DNA of 64,000 nucleotides, from assembly GCA_963822445.1 (NCBI GenBank), contig CAWGHO010000002.1, positions 1,152,001 to 1,216,000 on the forward strand, in the 5' to 3' direction. Positions 55,601 through 64,000 of the stretch are shown in pieces; position 1 is the stretch's first letter, and each line of letters opens with the position of its first letter. This DNA comes from an uncultured Acidobacteriota bacterium (lineage in GTDB: Bacteria > Acidobacteriota > Thermoanaerobaculia > Gp7-AA8). The translations under genes and the position numbers were made by a program. The notes below the pieces were generated by a model. It did not search any database. It was not told the DNA's origin and worked only from the letters and a program-made list of their open reading frames with translations.

Positions 55601-56156
55601 TGACGGACTGCGGTCCGCCTTCCTTCGCTTCGAGGTAAAGATTCACGAGCTCGGGATGCTGGAAGAGGATCGCCACCGCGGTCTCGTACGGATCGTCAAG
55701 ATTGGCTATGTCATCGAGCGCCTGCTCGAGCTCGACATGCTGCGCCTGCAGCAGCTCGCTGCCGAGGTCTCGGTAGGTGAGCTTCGGGTGAGGCTCGTTG
55801 CCGTGCAGCAGACGCCCGCGCCGGACGTCGCGCAGGCGCGCCGCGCGCGGCATCTTGATCGCCATCGACAGGACCTGCGTGGTGCGGATGCCGTCGACGT
55901 CGAGATCGCGCGTCGAGAATCCGAGCGTGACCGCGTCGCCTGGCGCGTGCACATCGGCGCGGTGCGTGATGGCACTCGGCGGCAACAGACGGAGGAAGCG
56001 ATTGCTCTCGCGCGCCGCGTTCCTCGTTTCCTCGGTGTGAGGGAGAATCGGATACTCACGCATGCCAAGGTGGTAGGTGAGTGCGGTCTCCGCCGGAACG
56101 CCGGAAAAATCAAAATGCAGCGAATGGACCTCGGACGGACGCTCGGACGCGGACAT
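52623..56156 (-). CDS. Large hypothetical protein (1177 aa) with central hydrophobic helices and C-terminal NHL-like propeller
   Basis: AAGGAG SD; strong coding bias; NHL-like PIAITLALDGRVLVLEEKNERVQCFDVNG. Confidence 0.85.
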   Translation of the reverse strand: MSASERPSEVHSLHFDFSGVPAETALTYHLGMREYPILPHTEETRNAARESNRFLRLLPPSAITHRADVHAPGDAVTLGFSTRDLDVDGIRTTQVLSMAIKMPRAARLRDVRRGRLLHGNEPHPKLTYRDLGSELLQAQHVELEQALDDIANLDDPYETAVAILFQHPELVNLYLEAKEGGPQSVIEECIRKALKEFGLLTKAIAAHPEDWSTVVRVMDDGKPAFDDQGKPLFTMDLHPDVKERIKLPLGRALVYAKQSEGLKGQLWSLQYGMTKAAYSGSVRPKSSPPPLHDAPRAAADVRWKIKNLTPSSGLALEDVVPYTPGGSANWRAEGYWSSQDDKSVGPFTPELKKALTDGKLWLIFDDLEGLLFPDRDEPTKYYVNLEKRDDARKASGTCRLNADGTELQYLVTTSAGPFTKACFALKEQGGRTRALHDVVVRNAGSSGTMMVKAKNHWMRHLSAYVEFLDPAGKPKAPADWATRFPVPEGARLFDTDSTKRFLEIVNPVEAIMGIPLSADTTHLVFQVPAEASMVRVSFGGLGSGTRDPVSCLAGEILTVTLELALPVVVLAAGGKPSKEEGGLLKLIKEKPVVCAILASLAGIYTITSENPGKTALKIGQKLLPALAKAGITKLSAAIAEMIAIGAAKRAIPFVNIAFLVADIAATAAAVGQTSTAIANSPRVHVTEITRSIDLKVTITSSSVYHTYPAHHHHLSVVVVYDSGATLPALTQMLPPTTIKDDIIVQFREVPAAGNLRVMVFFYAENSWQSGQGASPWMKAEGNTGGSPLLEVPKIEIAINEVPLGTWSVYEHMEKIGYEGDKHVWVPAVKEPPTATKFTPSKVGGTIEKLHSVTIAQYPQMVGYAWQSSDQSLAAANANAPNSTFTVQNLSVLDKPENAYAAPATGFTNPGGIAYDITSPDNGTGRNFFIDPSRGKYEEGGDPASGFHLRRVRLQFEGPRPEFKIRTNESWGRFREAVDAMVVHPDGYVYGIRRGVHAIFRLQLPDKPYSDAEAPLAVALSGEGSRHGLIQAPIAITLALDGRVLVLEEKNERVQCFDVNGNPVAYFGASTSAATPILSVRREPRLNLLDMACEAKGHVFVLGYSGDGRKPEDYRIDLYDPSGAFLTSTRNFTAARITVDLLRNLFALNYETLRGRDRRLEPSISHWRPPAPPKKGNA

Positions 56157-56321
56157 GCGCGAACTCCTTGCCGACTGGCGCTGACCTGAATTGTTGTGGT
56201 GCGGACCGCGGGCGAGTATAGCGAAAACCGGCTCAGCCTGGTGTGAAGATCAGGGACGGGCGGCAGGCGCGTGACACGCGCGCCTGCCCCATACTCTGTC
56301 TTCGGTTTCATCTTGCCCGAC

Positions 56322-58239
56322 ATGCTGACGGATGACGTGCCGCGGGAGCCTTCGGAGGGCAGCGAGCGCCTTCGAGGCGCCGCGGTCTGGGCGGCGTACG
56401 GCGCTGTCGAGGCGTTGCTCGCGATCATGCTTCGCCGCGGGATGTTCGCGTCGACGTTCGTTCCGCGCCGACGATCGCTACACGCTGTTCCTGCTGGTTC
56501 TGTATCCGCTCGTGGGCGCAGTGCTCGGTCGCTTTGCCGTTTACGGACTGGCGATCGCCTTCGTTGCGAATGCCTTTCTCGTCATGAGCTGGACCGCGCT
56601 CGCGGCGCCGGTCCTGAGCGCGGCCATTGCCGTGGTGATGTTCCGCAAGAATCCGTGGGTCGTCAGTCTGCTTCTCCTCGCACCGATGTGGGCTGGTCGC
56701 GAGATCGGACACTTCTACACCTTCAGGACGAAAGCACTTCTCGCCGGTGCCGCGATCATCGCAGTCATGCTCCTCGGTCTCCTCGGCAGGAAAGTGCGTT
56801 GGTCGCTGAAGCCTTTGGGGACGGTCGCGATCTTCGCGCTGACCATGATCGCGGCGATGTTCGTCAATGTGCGGCCGCCGCGCGACCTCGAGCCGGAGCA
56901 ACCGCCGCCGAGCGTGACCTCACCGAACATCGTCCTCATCGTGATGGACACCGTGCGCGCCGATCACCTTTCGGTGTACGGATACGGCCGAAACACGACG
57001 CCGCATCTCGCGAACTTCGCGAAGACGGCGACGGTCTACGCCCGGGCTTACTCGCCTTCGAACATGACCCTGCCTTCGCATGCGTCGATCTTCACCGGCC
57101 TCTATGGAAGCGAGCACACCGCGCACTACGACGAAGGATGGAACATCGGACGCCCGCTCCCGCCGCAAGCGATTACGGCCGCTGAGTTTCTGTCCGCACG
57201 CGGCTACGCCACCGCCTCCATCGTTGCGAACGGGTACCTCGGCGAAGGCTTCGGCCTCGATCAGGGATTCCAGCACCTGGACGCGCGGCCACCGTGGATG
57301 CCCTACGGTCTGGCGTCGGACTTCTATCTCCGGTCTGGCATCGCTGCCGTCGCTTCGCGGGTCGTCGAGCTGCCTCGGCACACGAGGAAGCTTTCGCGCG
57401 GCGGCGAGGAGATCAGCGACCTCGCGCTCGAGTATCTCGATCGCGTGACGGGTAAGCGGCGGCCGTTTTTCCTGGTCCTCAATTACCTCGATGCCCACCA
57501 TCCCTACACCCCGTCCCCGCCGTACGACACGATGTTCCCCGGTCACGACGCGACGCAGCCGGCCGATCTGGAGACTCGCCTGGTCGGGGACTTCACCCGC
57601 GGCGCAGGCAGGATCACGCCGCGCGAGCGCGCTCATCTGATCTCCCAGTACGACGGCTCGATTGCGTATGCGGACGTGCAGATCGCCCGCGTTTTCGCGG
57701 CATTGCGACAGCGCGGCGTTTACGACCGGACTCTGATCATCGTGCTTTCGGATCACGGCGAGGCCTTCGGCGAGCATGGCGTCTTCACCCACGGCCTCAC
57801 GAACTACGAGCCCGAGACCCACGTGCCGCTGATCGTGAAGAAGCCCGGGCAAACCGACGGCGAAGTCGTCGCGGCGCCGGCCAGCCTGCTCCACGTGTGG
57901 CCGCTGCTGACCTCGATGCCTCCGCCGACGGCGATCATCACCGAGTCGTTTCCGATGCGCGGTCGCCACGCCACGCTTCCGACGCGCCGCGCTGGGACGG
58001 CGATGATCGAAGGCACGCTGAAGACGATTGTGAACGTGAACGGCAGCGTCGAAAGCTACGACGTCGCCGCCGACCCCGGCGAATCGCGCAATCTCGCGCC
58101 GAGCGCCGACTCCCAGCGGATGGCCGCGGAGATTGCCGCGTGGCGCCGGTCGCTCCGTGGGATCGAGGGCGCGACGCCCGCGCGTGCGATCGATCCGGAA
58201 CTGCTCCGTCGTCTGCGCGCGCTGGGATACATTCGGTAA
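56322..58239 (+). CDS. Membrane-anchored sulfatase-like hydrolase/transferase (apparent +1 frameshift ~56467)
   Basis: N-terminal TM region; PNIVLIVMDTVRADH, TLPSHASIFTG, DAHHPY, SDHGE..GEHG, LRALGYI. Confidence 0.85.
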
Positions 58240-58247
58240 CGTGCCGC

Positions 58248-59756
58248 TCAGCCCCTCGTGAACCGCACCAGGTCCTCGAGCGTATCGATGTCGCCGGTCA
58301 TCGCGAACGGAATCGTGACCACATCGCGATCGAGGTGACGGATCAACTGGCGCGCGCCGACGTCGCCGCCGAGGGTTTTCAGGGCGGGGAAGAGCTCCGC
58401 GTGGAAGAGCGCCGGCACGCCCGGACCCTCGGGATAGCGCGCCGCGACGACGGGGGCGCGGGTCGCGCGATAGGCGTCGAGAAGTCTGCGCACGACATCC
58501 GCGGAGACGCCCGGCTGATCGCAGAGCATCAGCATGATCGTTTCAACGGGACGATCGCGCCGTTCGATGGCGTCGATCGCCGCGCGGATCGAGGAGGCGA
58601 TCCCTTCCTTCCAGGCGTCGTTGACCACCAGCTCGACCGGAAGACCGTCGAGCGCCTTGCGAATGCGAATGACCTCGGCACCAACGACCACGTAAACCGG
58701 CCCACTGTTCGCCGCGAGGGCGGCTTCGGCTGCGCGGCGGACGAGCGACTGCCCTTCGATCTCCACGAGCTGTTTCGGGCGTCCCAAACGGCGCGAGCCG
58801 CCCGCGGCGAGAATCACCACCGCGCTCTCGTCCGACGCGTCGTGAATCCGGCCGTGTCGATTGCGCAGTGCCGTCGCAGTCGTTTGCCGCAGCACCGATT
58901 GGATCTCGGCGATGATCGAAAGAGCAATCTCAGAAGGCGCGTCAGCGCCCAGGTCGAGACCGGCCGGCGCGCGCAACGAATCGGCCGGGACATCCGCTTC
59001 GGCAATCAGCCGCTGTGCGCGCTCGCGCGAACCGACGACGCCCAGATAGGCGGGCCGCAACGGCGCGAGTTGTTTGATCAGTTCCACATCGCGAAGGTAG
59101 TGGTGCGTCATCACCACCACGGCGGACGGCGACGGGTACGAGAAGCGCGAAGGAAGGTCTTCCGTCGGCGCGATCTCGATCGAATCCGCGGACGCAAATC
59201 GAACATCCGACGCGACAAACGGACGGTGATCGGCAATGCGCACGCACCACCCGAGTTGTTTGGCGAAGCGGAGCAGATCCTCAGCCGCCGGTGACGCACC
59301 GAAGATGAACAGCGAAGTGCGCGACACGATCGGCTGCACGAACGCGCCCGCAGGAGCGTCAGCCACGTTTCCCACAAAAGTCTGGCCGTCAGGCCAGGGC
59401 GTGATGACAGCGCCGCCGTTCAACAGCTGGTCATGCAGCGTTTCCGGAAGCGGCTCGATGAACACGGCCACTTCTCCCTGGCAGCCACTGCCCATGCCGA
59501 AGATCAGATCGTCGTCGGCCGACTTGAAACGCATGAGTGTCGTTTCGCGCGTAGCGATCACATTCAGCGCTCGCTCGATGATGTCGGCTTCCAGACAGCC
59601 GCCGCTGATGGCGCCCCAGGTCTTCCGATCGTGCCGCACGAGCAGCCGTGCACCTGCGCGGCGGTAGGTCGACCCCTTCGTCTCCACCACCGTCGCCAGC
59701 GCGCAATCGCCGCCGCCGGCGGCGCGCCACTCATCGAGGATGCGCAACAGTTCCAC
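58248..59756 (-). CDS. XdhC/CoxI Moco chaperone fused to MocA-like nucleotidyltransferase
   Basis: GSTYRRAGA, ISGGCLE, GMGSGC.G, MTHHY..D, PAGLDLGA..P.EIA; then ILAAGGSRRLGRPKQL, LCDQP, GDVGAR, DIDT. Confidence 0.9.
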   Translation of the reverse strand: MELLRILDEWRAAGGGDCALATVVETKGSTYRRAGARLLVRHDRKTWGAISGGCLEADIIERALNVIATRETTLMRFKSADDDLIFGMGSGCQGEVAVFIEPLPETLHDQLLNGGAVITPWPDGQTFVGNVADAPAGAFVQPIVSRTSLFIFGASPAAEDLLRFAKQLGWCVRIADHRPFVASDVRFASADSIEIAPTEDLPSRFSYPSPSAVVVMTHHYLRDVELIKQLAPLRPAYLGVVGSRERAQRLIAEADVPADSLRAPAGLDLGADAPSEIALSIIAEIQSVLRQTTATALRNRHGRIHDASDESAVVILAAGGSRRLGRPKQLVEIEGQSLVRRAAEAALAANSGPVYVVVGAEVIRIRKALDGLPVELVVNDAWKEGIASSIRAAIDAIERRDRPVETIMLMLCDQPGVSADVVRRLLDAYRATRAPVVAARYPEGPGVPALFHAELFPALKTLGGDVGARQLIRHLDRDVVTIPFAMTGDIDTLEDLVRFTRG

Positions 59757-59758
59757 GG

Positions 59759-60823
59759 TTAGACCTTCGCTCCCACCACCGTTCGCGGATCGTTGCGGTC
59801 CTCGCGCCACGCCGGATGGTTCACGTGATAGACGTGATCTCCGTTGAACGAAACCACGGCCGCGTCGAAGGTCATGGTGCCGATCTTCTTCCAGTTCGTG
59901 ATGTCGCGGCGTTCCTTGATCGGCAGGCCATGGGTCGTGCCCGTATCGGAGGTCTCGATGTCGAACACGAGCTTGCGCTTCGGCGCGGGATCGCCCGGAT
60001 CGTAGATGTGGGCCATGATCTCGTCGCGGAAGTCGATGTCGTCGCCGGGGATGACCGGCTGACCCGCGGCGACGGTGAGCTGCATGAATTCCGGAGCGCG
60101 CGTCGGGTCGGCGGGCGGTTTCCCCAGCTCGGCGATCTGGTAGACCTGCCGGATGGTCGGCTGTTTCTCGGCGATGTTCAGAACCATTCCGGTCAGAAGA
60201 AGGATGGGCATGCCGCTGCCGCGGCGGGAGACGGTCGTGTTCGGCGCGTTGCGCAGCTTCGCGCCGTTGATGGCCGGCGTGTCCTCGCCGCCGATGTCTT
60301 CCTGGGTGATGAAGCTCGCCGTCGGCAAAGGCTCGGGATGGTTCGGATCGGTGGTCGGATAGATGCGGCCGATCATCGACAGCGATCGCGTGTTGCCGCG
60401 CCGCGTTTCCGTGCAACACGTGGAGTAGCGGACGATCATCAGTCCGCGGCTCCCCTTGCGGAAGTAGCCCGTGTACGGCGTGTCTTCGGTGATCTCCCAC
60501 ATGCCGGTCATGCAGATGCCGTTTGCGTGCAGAAGACGGCGAAAGCCTTTCCCATCAGGTCCCCAGCGAAGATCGGAATCGGACGCGAGCACGCGTTTCG
60601 CCGCTGCGAGAAACTTCCACTTCCTGCCGCCGGGCAGCATGCCCTTGAGGAGCGGCATGAACGTGACCGGGAAGCGTTCCAGCGGCGCATTGCCCTTCGA
60701 GCCCCATACCTTTTGATAGGGGTTGGCGAAGATGGCATCGCGCACGACGCTGAAGCGCGAGCCGGCGAAGACCCGCTTGTCGGCGGCGGTGAACTCCTGG
60801 ATTCCGAGATCGTCTTCGGCCAT
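59759..60823 (-). CDS. Catalase-like (heme catalase fold) hypothetical protein
   Basis: RRLLHANG (cf. catalase RxxHAKG distal His), IVRYS (cf. RFS), IRQVY; coupled on both sides. Confidence 0.65.
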   Translation of the reverse strand: MAEDDLGIQEFTAADKRVFAGSRFSVVRDAIFANPYQKVWGSKGNAPLERFPVTFMPLLKGMLPGGRKWKFLAAAKRVLASDSDLRWGPDGKGFRRLLHANGICMTGMWEITEDTPYTGYFRKGSRGLMIVRYSTCCTETRRGNTRSLSMIGRIYPTTDPNHPEPLPTASFITQEDIGGEDTPAINGAKLRNAPNTTVSRRGSGMPILLLTGMVLNIAEKQPTIRQVYQIAELGKPPADPTRAPEFMQLTVAAGQPVIPGDDIDFRDEIMAHIYDPGDPAPKRKLVFDIETSDTGTTHGLPIKERRDITNWKKIGTMTFDAAVVSFNGDHVYHVNHPAWREDRNDPRTVVGAKV

Positions 60824-63393
60824 CAGAGCACGACGATCCTGTTCCTGAACGGCATCTCGCGGATGCGAGGTCCGCCCGCGGCGACGATCGCGTTGGCCAG
60901 GGCCGGGGCCACCGCCGGAGTCGGAGGCTCGCCGACGCCGCTCGGCGGATGGTCGCTCTCCATGATGTGCACGGACATCTTCGGCGTCTGGTGGATGCGC
61001 AGCACTGGGTAGTCATCGAAGTTGTGCTGTTCGACGGCTCCGTCCTTTACCGTGATCTCGCCGAGCAGCGCGTAGCTCAGACCGTAAACGATGCCGCCCT
61101 CCATCTGGGCCCGAACGCGATCGGGATTGACGGCGAGACCGCAATCGATCACGCCGCAGATCTCGTTGATGGTGAGCTCGTTCTTGTCATTGAGCGAGAC
61201 GTCGGCCACGATGGCCACGTAGCTGAGGAAGCTCCGGTGGGCGGCGATGCCGATGCCGCGGCCCTTCATTCCCTTGTACCGTCTGGCCTTCTCGTCCCAG
61301 CCGAACTCCTTCGCCGCCCGCTCCACCACTGCCCGTAGCCGCTGCGTGTGGGGCGGAAAAGCCTGCACGATCTCCATCAACTGCCCCTGCTCGTCCGGCA
61401 AATTGACGGTCTCGAGTGGCAGCTCGTTATTGCGGTATTGCTTGACCCCCTCGGATGCCAGCACGCGGCTGAGGTCGCGCCCCTTCCCGATCAGCTCGAG
61501 CAGATAGTCCTTGGAATCGCGTCCGGCAGCGCGCGCGAGCTCGTCGGCGAACGAGCAGATGCCGAAGGCGTGGTAGATGTTGGCGACGGAGCGCATCCAC
61601 CCGACCCGGATATGGTTCTCTGCCTTGCAGTTCTCGAGGCGCAGGTTCGGGATGTCGAAGGGCATGTCCTCGAGACCCTGCGCGCGCTCGATCCCGGAGG
61701 CGAATCCGTCTTCGCCGCCATCCGCGGTCGCCGCACGCAGTTTCGCCTGCTCGGGAGGAAAGAGCGTCCCGAAGAACGAGGTGAGCGCGCTGCGCTGCAG
61801 CAGGGCCGTCGGACGGCCGTCGCCGTCGAGCGCCGCCTTCAGGTATTGCGTACTTACGGCGTTGTAGTAACTGAACTGGATGTCGTCCTCGCGAGTCCAC
61901 TGCACCCGGATGGGGACGCCGGGATTCTGCGCGGCCAGAAGCGCTGCCTCGCCGATGTAGTCGGGTTTGGACTTGCGTCCGAAACCGCCGCCCAGCAACG
62001 GCACGTGCAGCGTGACCCTCTTGCGGAGATCCGCGATCGTTTCCTCTTTCTCCCAATCCGACTCAGGGATCCCGAATGCCAAACAACCCGGGATCAGCTG
62101 CCCGTGATAGGGGTTCTGCGTGGGCGCCCAGAGCTCGAGCCGGTCCTTCTCGAGGAGGGCAATGGCCATCGGCGGCTCCATGGGCGCCTGGGCCAGGAGT
62201 GGGGCGTAGTAGCCGCCTTCGACGACCTTGGCGGCGGAGGCGAAAGCGCCATCGACATCGCCCTTCTCCCGCACAGTCTTCCCCGGGGCCGCGGTCGAGG
62301 CTTCGAGCTCTTTGCGGTAGGCCGACGACTCGTACGATTGATGAGGGCCGCGGTTCCATTTGATGTGCGGTCGAAGCGCCCTGCGCCCCTGGAGCGCCGC
62401 CCAGGTGTTGTCCGCCAGAACCGCGACGCCCGCGTGCGGCACGAACGCGCGCCCCACGCCGCCGGGCGCAACGGTCGAAGGGAGGACGGCGGTCACACTT
62501 CGGACACCCGGCACAGCGAGTGCCGCGGTCGGATCGAAGCTGTCGAGTTGCCCGTTAGCCACGGGGCAGCGCTCGATCATCGCCGTGAGCATCCCGCGCA
62601 GCTTGATGTCGGAACCGTAGACCGCCTTCCCAGTGACCATGCTTGGGGCATCGTCGAATGGAATGTTCTTGCCGATGAAGCGCCACTCCGCCGGCTTCTT
62701 GAGCGCCTTCACGACCTCGCCGAAAGACGGGATCGGCTCCTTGGCGGCGTGAAGCAGCAGGCGCTTGCTACTGAAGTCCACGGAGCGGCCGCTGGGCTCG
62801 TGGTAGATCTTGTGCTGCCGCGCCCGGCACTCGCTGGCGTCGACTCCCATCACCTTCGCCGCCGCGCGCTCGAAGACGAGCCGCGTGCCGGCGCCCGTGA
62901 GCCGCATGATCTGGAAGTAGGCGGCCATGCTTCGCGAGCTGTCAGCGAACTGCGATGCCAAGGGCGGGATGAGGTACCGCGTAGTCTTTTGAGCGGGCAG
63001 TTCCTCGTAGGGAAACGGCAGTTTGAGATCCTCCGCCATCTTGAGAGGGGACTCGACCGCGAACGCGACCGAGTCGGCATCCGGCTGGTGCAGCTTGACC
63101 CGGCTCCAGTCGGCCTCGAGCTCGTCGGCCAGGACGGCTGCAAGACTGGAGCGGATGCCCTGGCCCATCTCCGGGCGGTGGGTGACGATGACAATGGTGC
63201 CGTCCAGCGGCTGAAGAGCGACGAACGGGCTGAGGGTGACGCGGTTGTGAAGGAGCTCTTTGATTTTGCTGAGCGTGCCGGTCTCTGCGGCCTGGAGCTC
63301 GTGGGGCGAGAAATAGCAGCCGAACACGACGGCCCCGGTGCCGACACCGAGATCGCGAAGAAAGTCTCTGCGGGTGACCCGGTAGATACTCAC
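60823..63393 (-). CDS. Xanthine dehydrogenase-family Moco-binding subunit (IorB-like), Tat-exported
   Basis: TRRDFL twin-arginine motif, EMGQG, AEEL-like ADELEADW, LGGGFGRK, WTREDD, AQMEGG, GVGEP. Confidence 0.92.
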   Translation of the reverse strand: MSIYRVTRRDFLRDLGVGTGAVVFGCYFSPHELQAAETGTLSKIKELLHNRVTLSPFVALQPLDGTIVIVTHRPEMGQGIRSSLAAVLADELEADWSRVKLHQPDADSVAFAVESPLKMAEDLKLPFPYEELPAQKTTRYLIPPLASQFADSSRSMAAYFQIMRLTGAGTRLVFERAAAKVMGVDASECRARQHKIYHEPSGRSVDFSSKRLLLHAAKEPIPSFGEVVKALKKPAEWRFIGKNIPFDDAPSMVTGKAVYGSDIKLRGMLTAMIERCPVANGQLDSFDPTAALAVPGVRSVTAVLPSTVAPGGVGRAFVPHAGVAVLADNTWAALQGRRALRPHIKWNRGPHQSYESSAYRKELEASTAAPGKTVREKGDVDGAFASAAKVVEGGYYAPLLAQAPMEPPMAIALLEKDRLELWAPTQNPYHGQLIPGCLAFGIPESDWEKEETIADLRKRVTLHVPLLGGGFGRKSKPDYIGEAALLAAQNPGVPIRVQWTREDDIQFSYYNAVSTQYLKAALDGDGRPTALLQRSALTSFFGTLFPPEQAKLRAATADGGEDGFASGIERAQGLEDMPFDIPNLRLENCKAENHIRVGWMRSVANIYHAFGICSFADELARAAGRDSKDYLLELIGKGRDLSRVLASEGVKQYRNNELPLETVNLPDEQGQLMEIVQAFPPHTQRLRAVVERAAKEFGWDEKARRYKGMKGRGIGIAAHRSFLSYVAIVADVSLNDKNELTINEICGVIDCGLAVNPDRVRAQMEGGIVYGLSYALLGEITVKDGAVEQHNFDDYPVLRIHQTPKMSVHIMESDHPPSGVGEPPTPAVAPALANAIVAAGGPRIREMPFRNRIVVL

Positions 63394-63857
63394 GACGTCA
63401 CCCCCGAAGCCTTCTTGATCGCTTCGCGGATGCGCGGGTAGGTGCCGCAGCGGCAGATGTTGCCGCGCATGACGTCGTCGATCTGTTCGTCGCTCGGCAT
63501 CACGCCAGTCCTGCGACACATCTCGACGAGGGGCACCGAGGCCATGATCTGGCCGGGCTGACAGAAGCCGCACTGCGGCACGCCGTCCTCGATCCACATC
63601 AACTGGCATGGATGGTTGCCGCCGAGGCCCTCGATCGTGGTGATCTTCGAGAGCGCCGCGACGCCGACGTCGACGGCGCAGGAGCGGGTCGGCCGTCCGT
63701 TGAGGTGCACCGTGCAGGCGCCGCATTGCGCGACCCCGCAGCCGAACTTCGTGCCTGTGAGACCGAGCTCGTCGCGCAGGGCCCACAGCAACGGCATGTT
63801 GCCGTCGACGTTGACCGTTCGCACGGTGCCGTTGACGTGGAGCTGAAATACAGGCAT
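63390..63857 (-). CDS. (2Fe-2S)-binding subunit (IorA/CoxS-like)
   Basis: GTKFGCGVAQCGAC, QCGFCQPG, NICRCGTY. Confidence 0.95.
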   Translation of the reverse strand: MPVFQLHVNGTVRTVNVDGNMPLLWALRDELGLTGTKFGCGVAQCGACTVHLNGRPTRSCAVDVGVAALSKITTIEGLGGNHPCQLMWIEDGVPQCGFCQPGQIMASVPLVEMCRRTGVMPSDEQIDDVMRGNICRCGTYPRIREAIKKASGVTS

Positions 63858-63870
63858 CGAAAGCCTCCTC

Positions 63871-64000
63871 TCAGAATTTGCGGCGAAGCTCTACACGGAC
63901 GCCGTAGATGTTGTCCTGCTTCTCGAGCCAGCCATGCATGGCGTCGGCGCGGAAAATCCAGGCGTTATTGAGCGGCTGCTGGAAACGGACGCCGAGGGCG
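63871..64000 (-). CDS. 3' end of a probable outer-membrane beta-barrel protein (partial)
   Basis: Own translation: ALGVRFQQPLNNAWIFRADAMHGWLEKQDNIYGVRVELRRKF*; amphipathic strands and terminal Phe. Confidence 0.6.
   Translation of the reverse strand, partial: ALGVRFQQPLNNAWIFRADAMHGWLEKQDNIYGVRVELRRKF

Noticed and set aside
59757-60500. N-terminal extensions of the XdhC ORF (to 60500) and the Moco subunit ORF (to 63786)
   Set aside because: They overlap real upstream genes in another frame; starts reassigned to 59756 and 63393.
50853-64000. Prophage or ICE integrated at tRNA-Pro
   Set aside because: No integrase, phage or conjugation genes and no distal att repeat seen within the window.

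Overview
High-GC bacterial chromosomal window. The gene content and lineage-style secreted proteins suggest Acidobacteriota, probably Thermoanaerobaculia; this is inferred, not tested. Most of it is housekeeping: polA (runs off the left edge), moaD/moaE, argF, nfo, icd, an ECF sigma/anti-sigma operon, prmC, HIT, gcvT-H-PA-PB, xerC, glmS, mnmA, maeB, lolA-tgt-yajC-secD-secF, an M23 peptidase and tRNA-Pro(GGG). Accessory content includes a REP-flanked RAYT transposase and several families of palindromic or inverted short-tandem repeats. There is also a candidate structured sRNA upstream of polA. Right of the tRNA lie (i) a translationally coupled pair made of a 1177-aa protein with a central hydrophobic helical region and a C-terminal NHL propeller plus a pentapeptide-repeat protein, which is my best candidate for an undescribed toxin-like system, and (ii) a Tat-exported molybdoenzyme operon with an embedded catalase-fold protein and an XdhC-MocA fusion. 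Several genes, including the normally essential glmS, carry single-base frameshifts that look like assembly indel errors. All family assignments come from motif recognition by eye; no searches were run.
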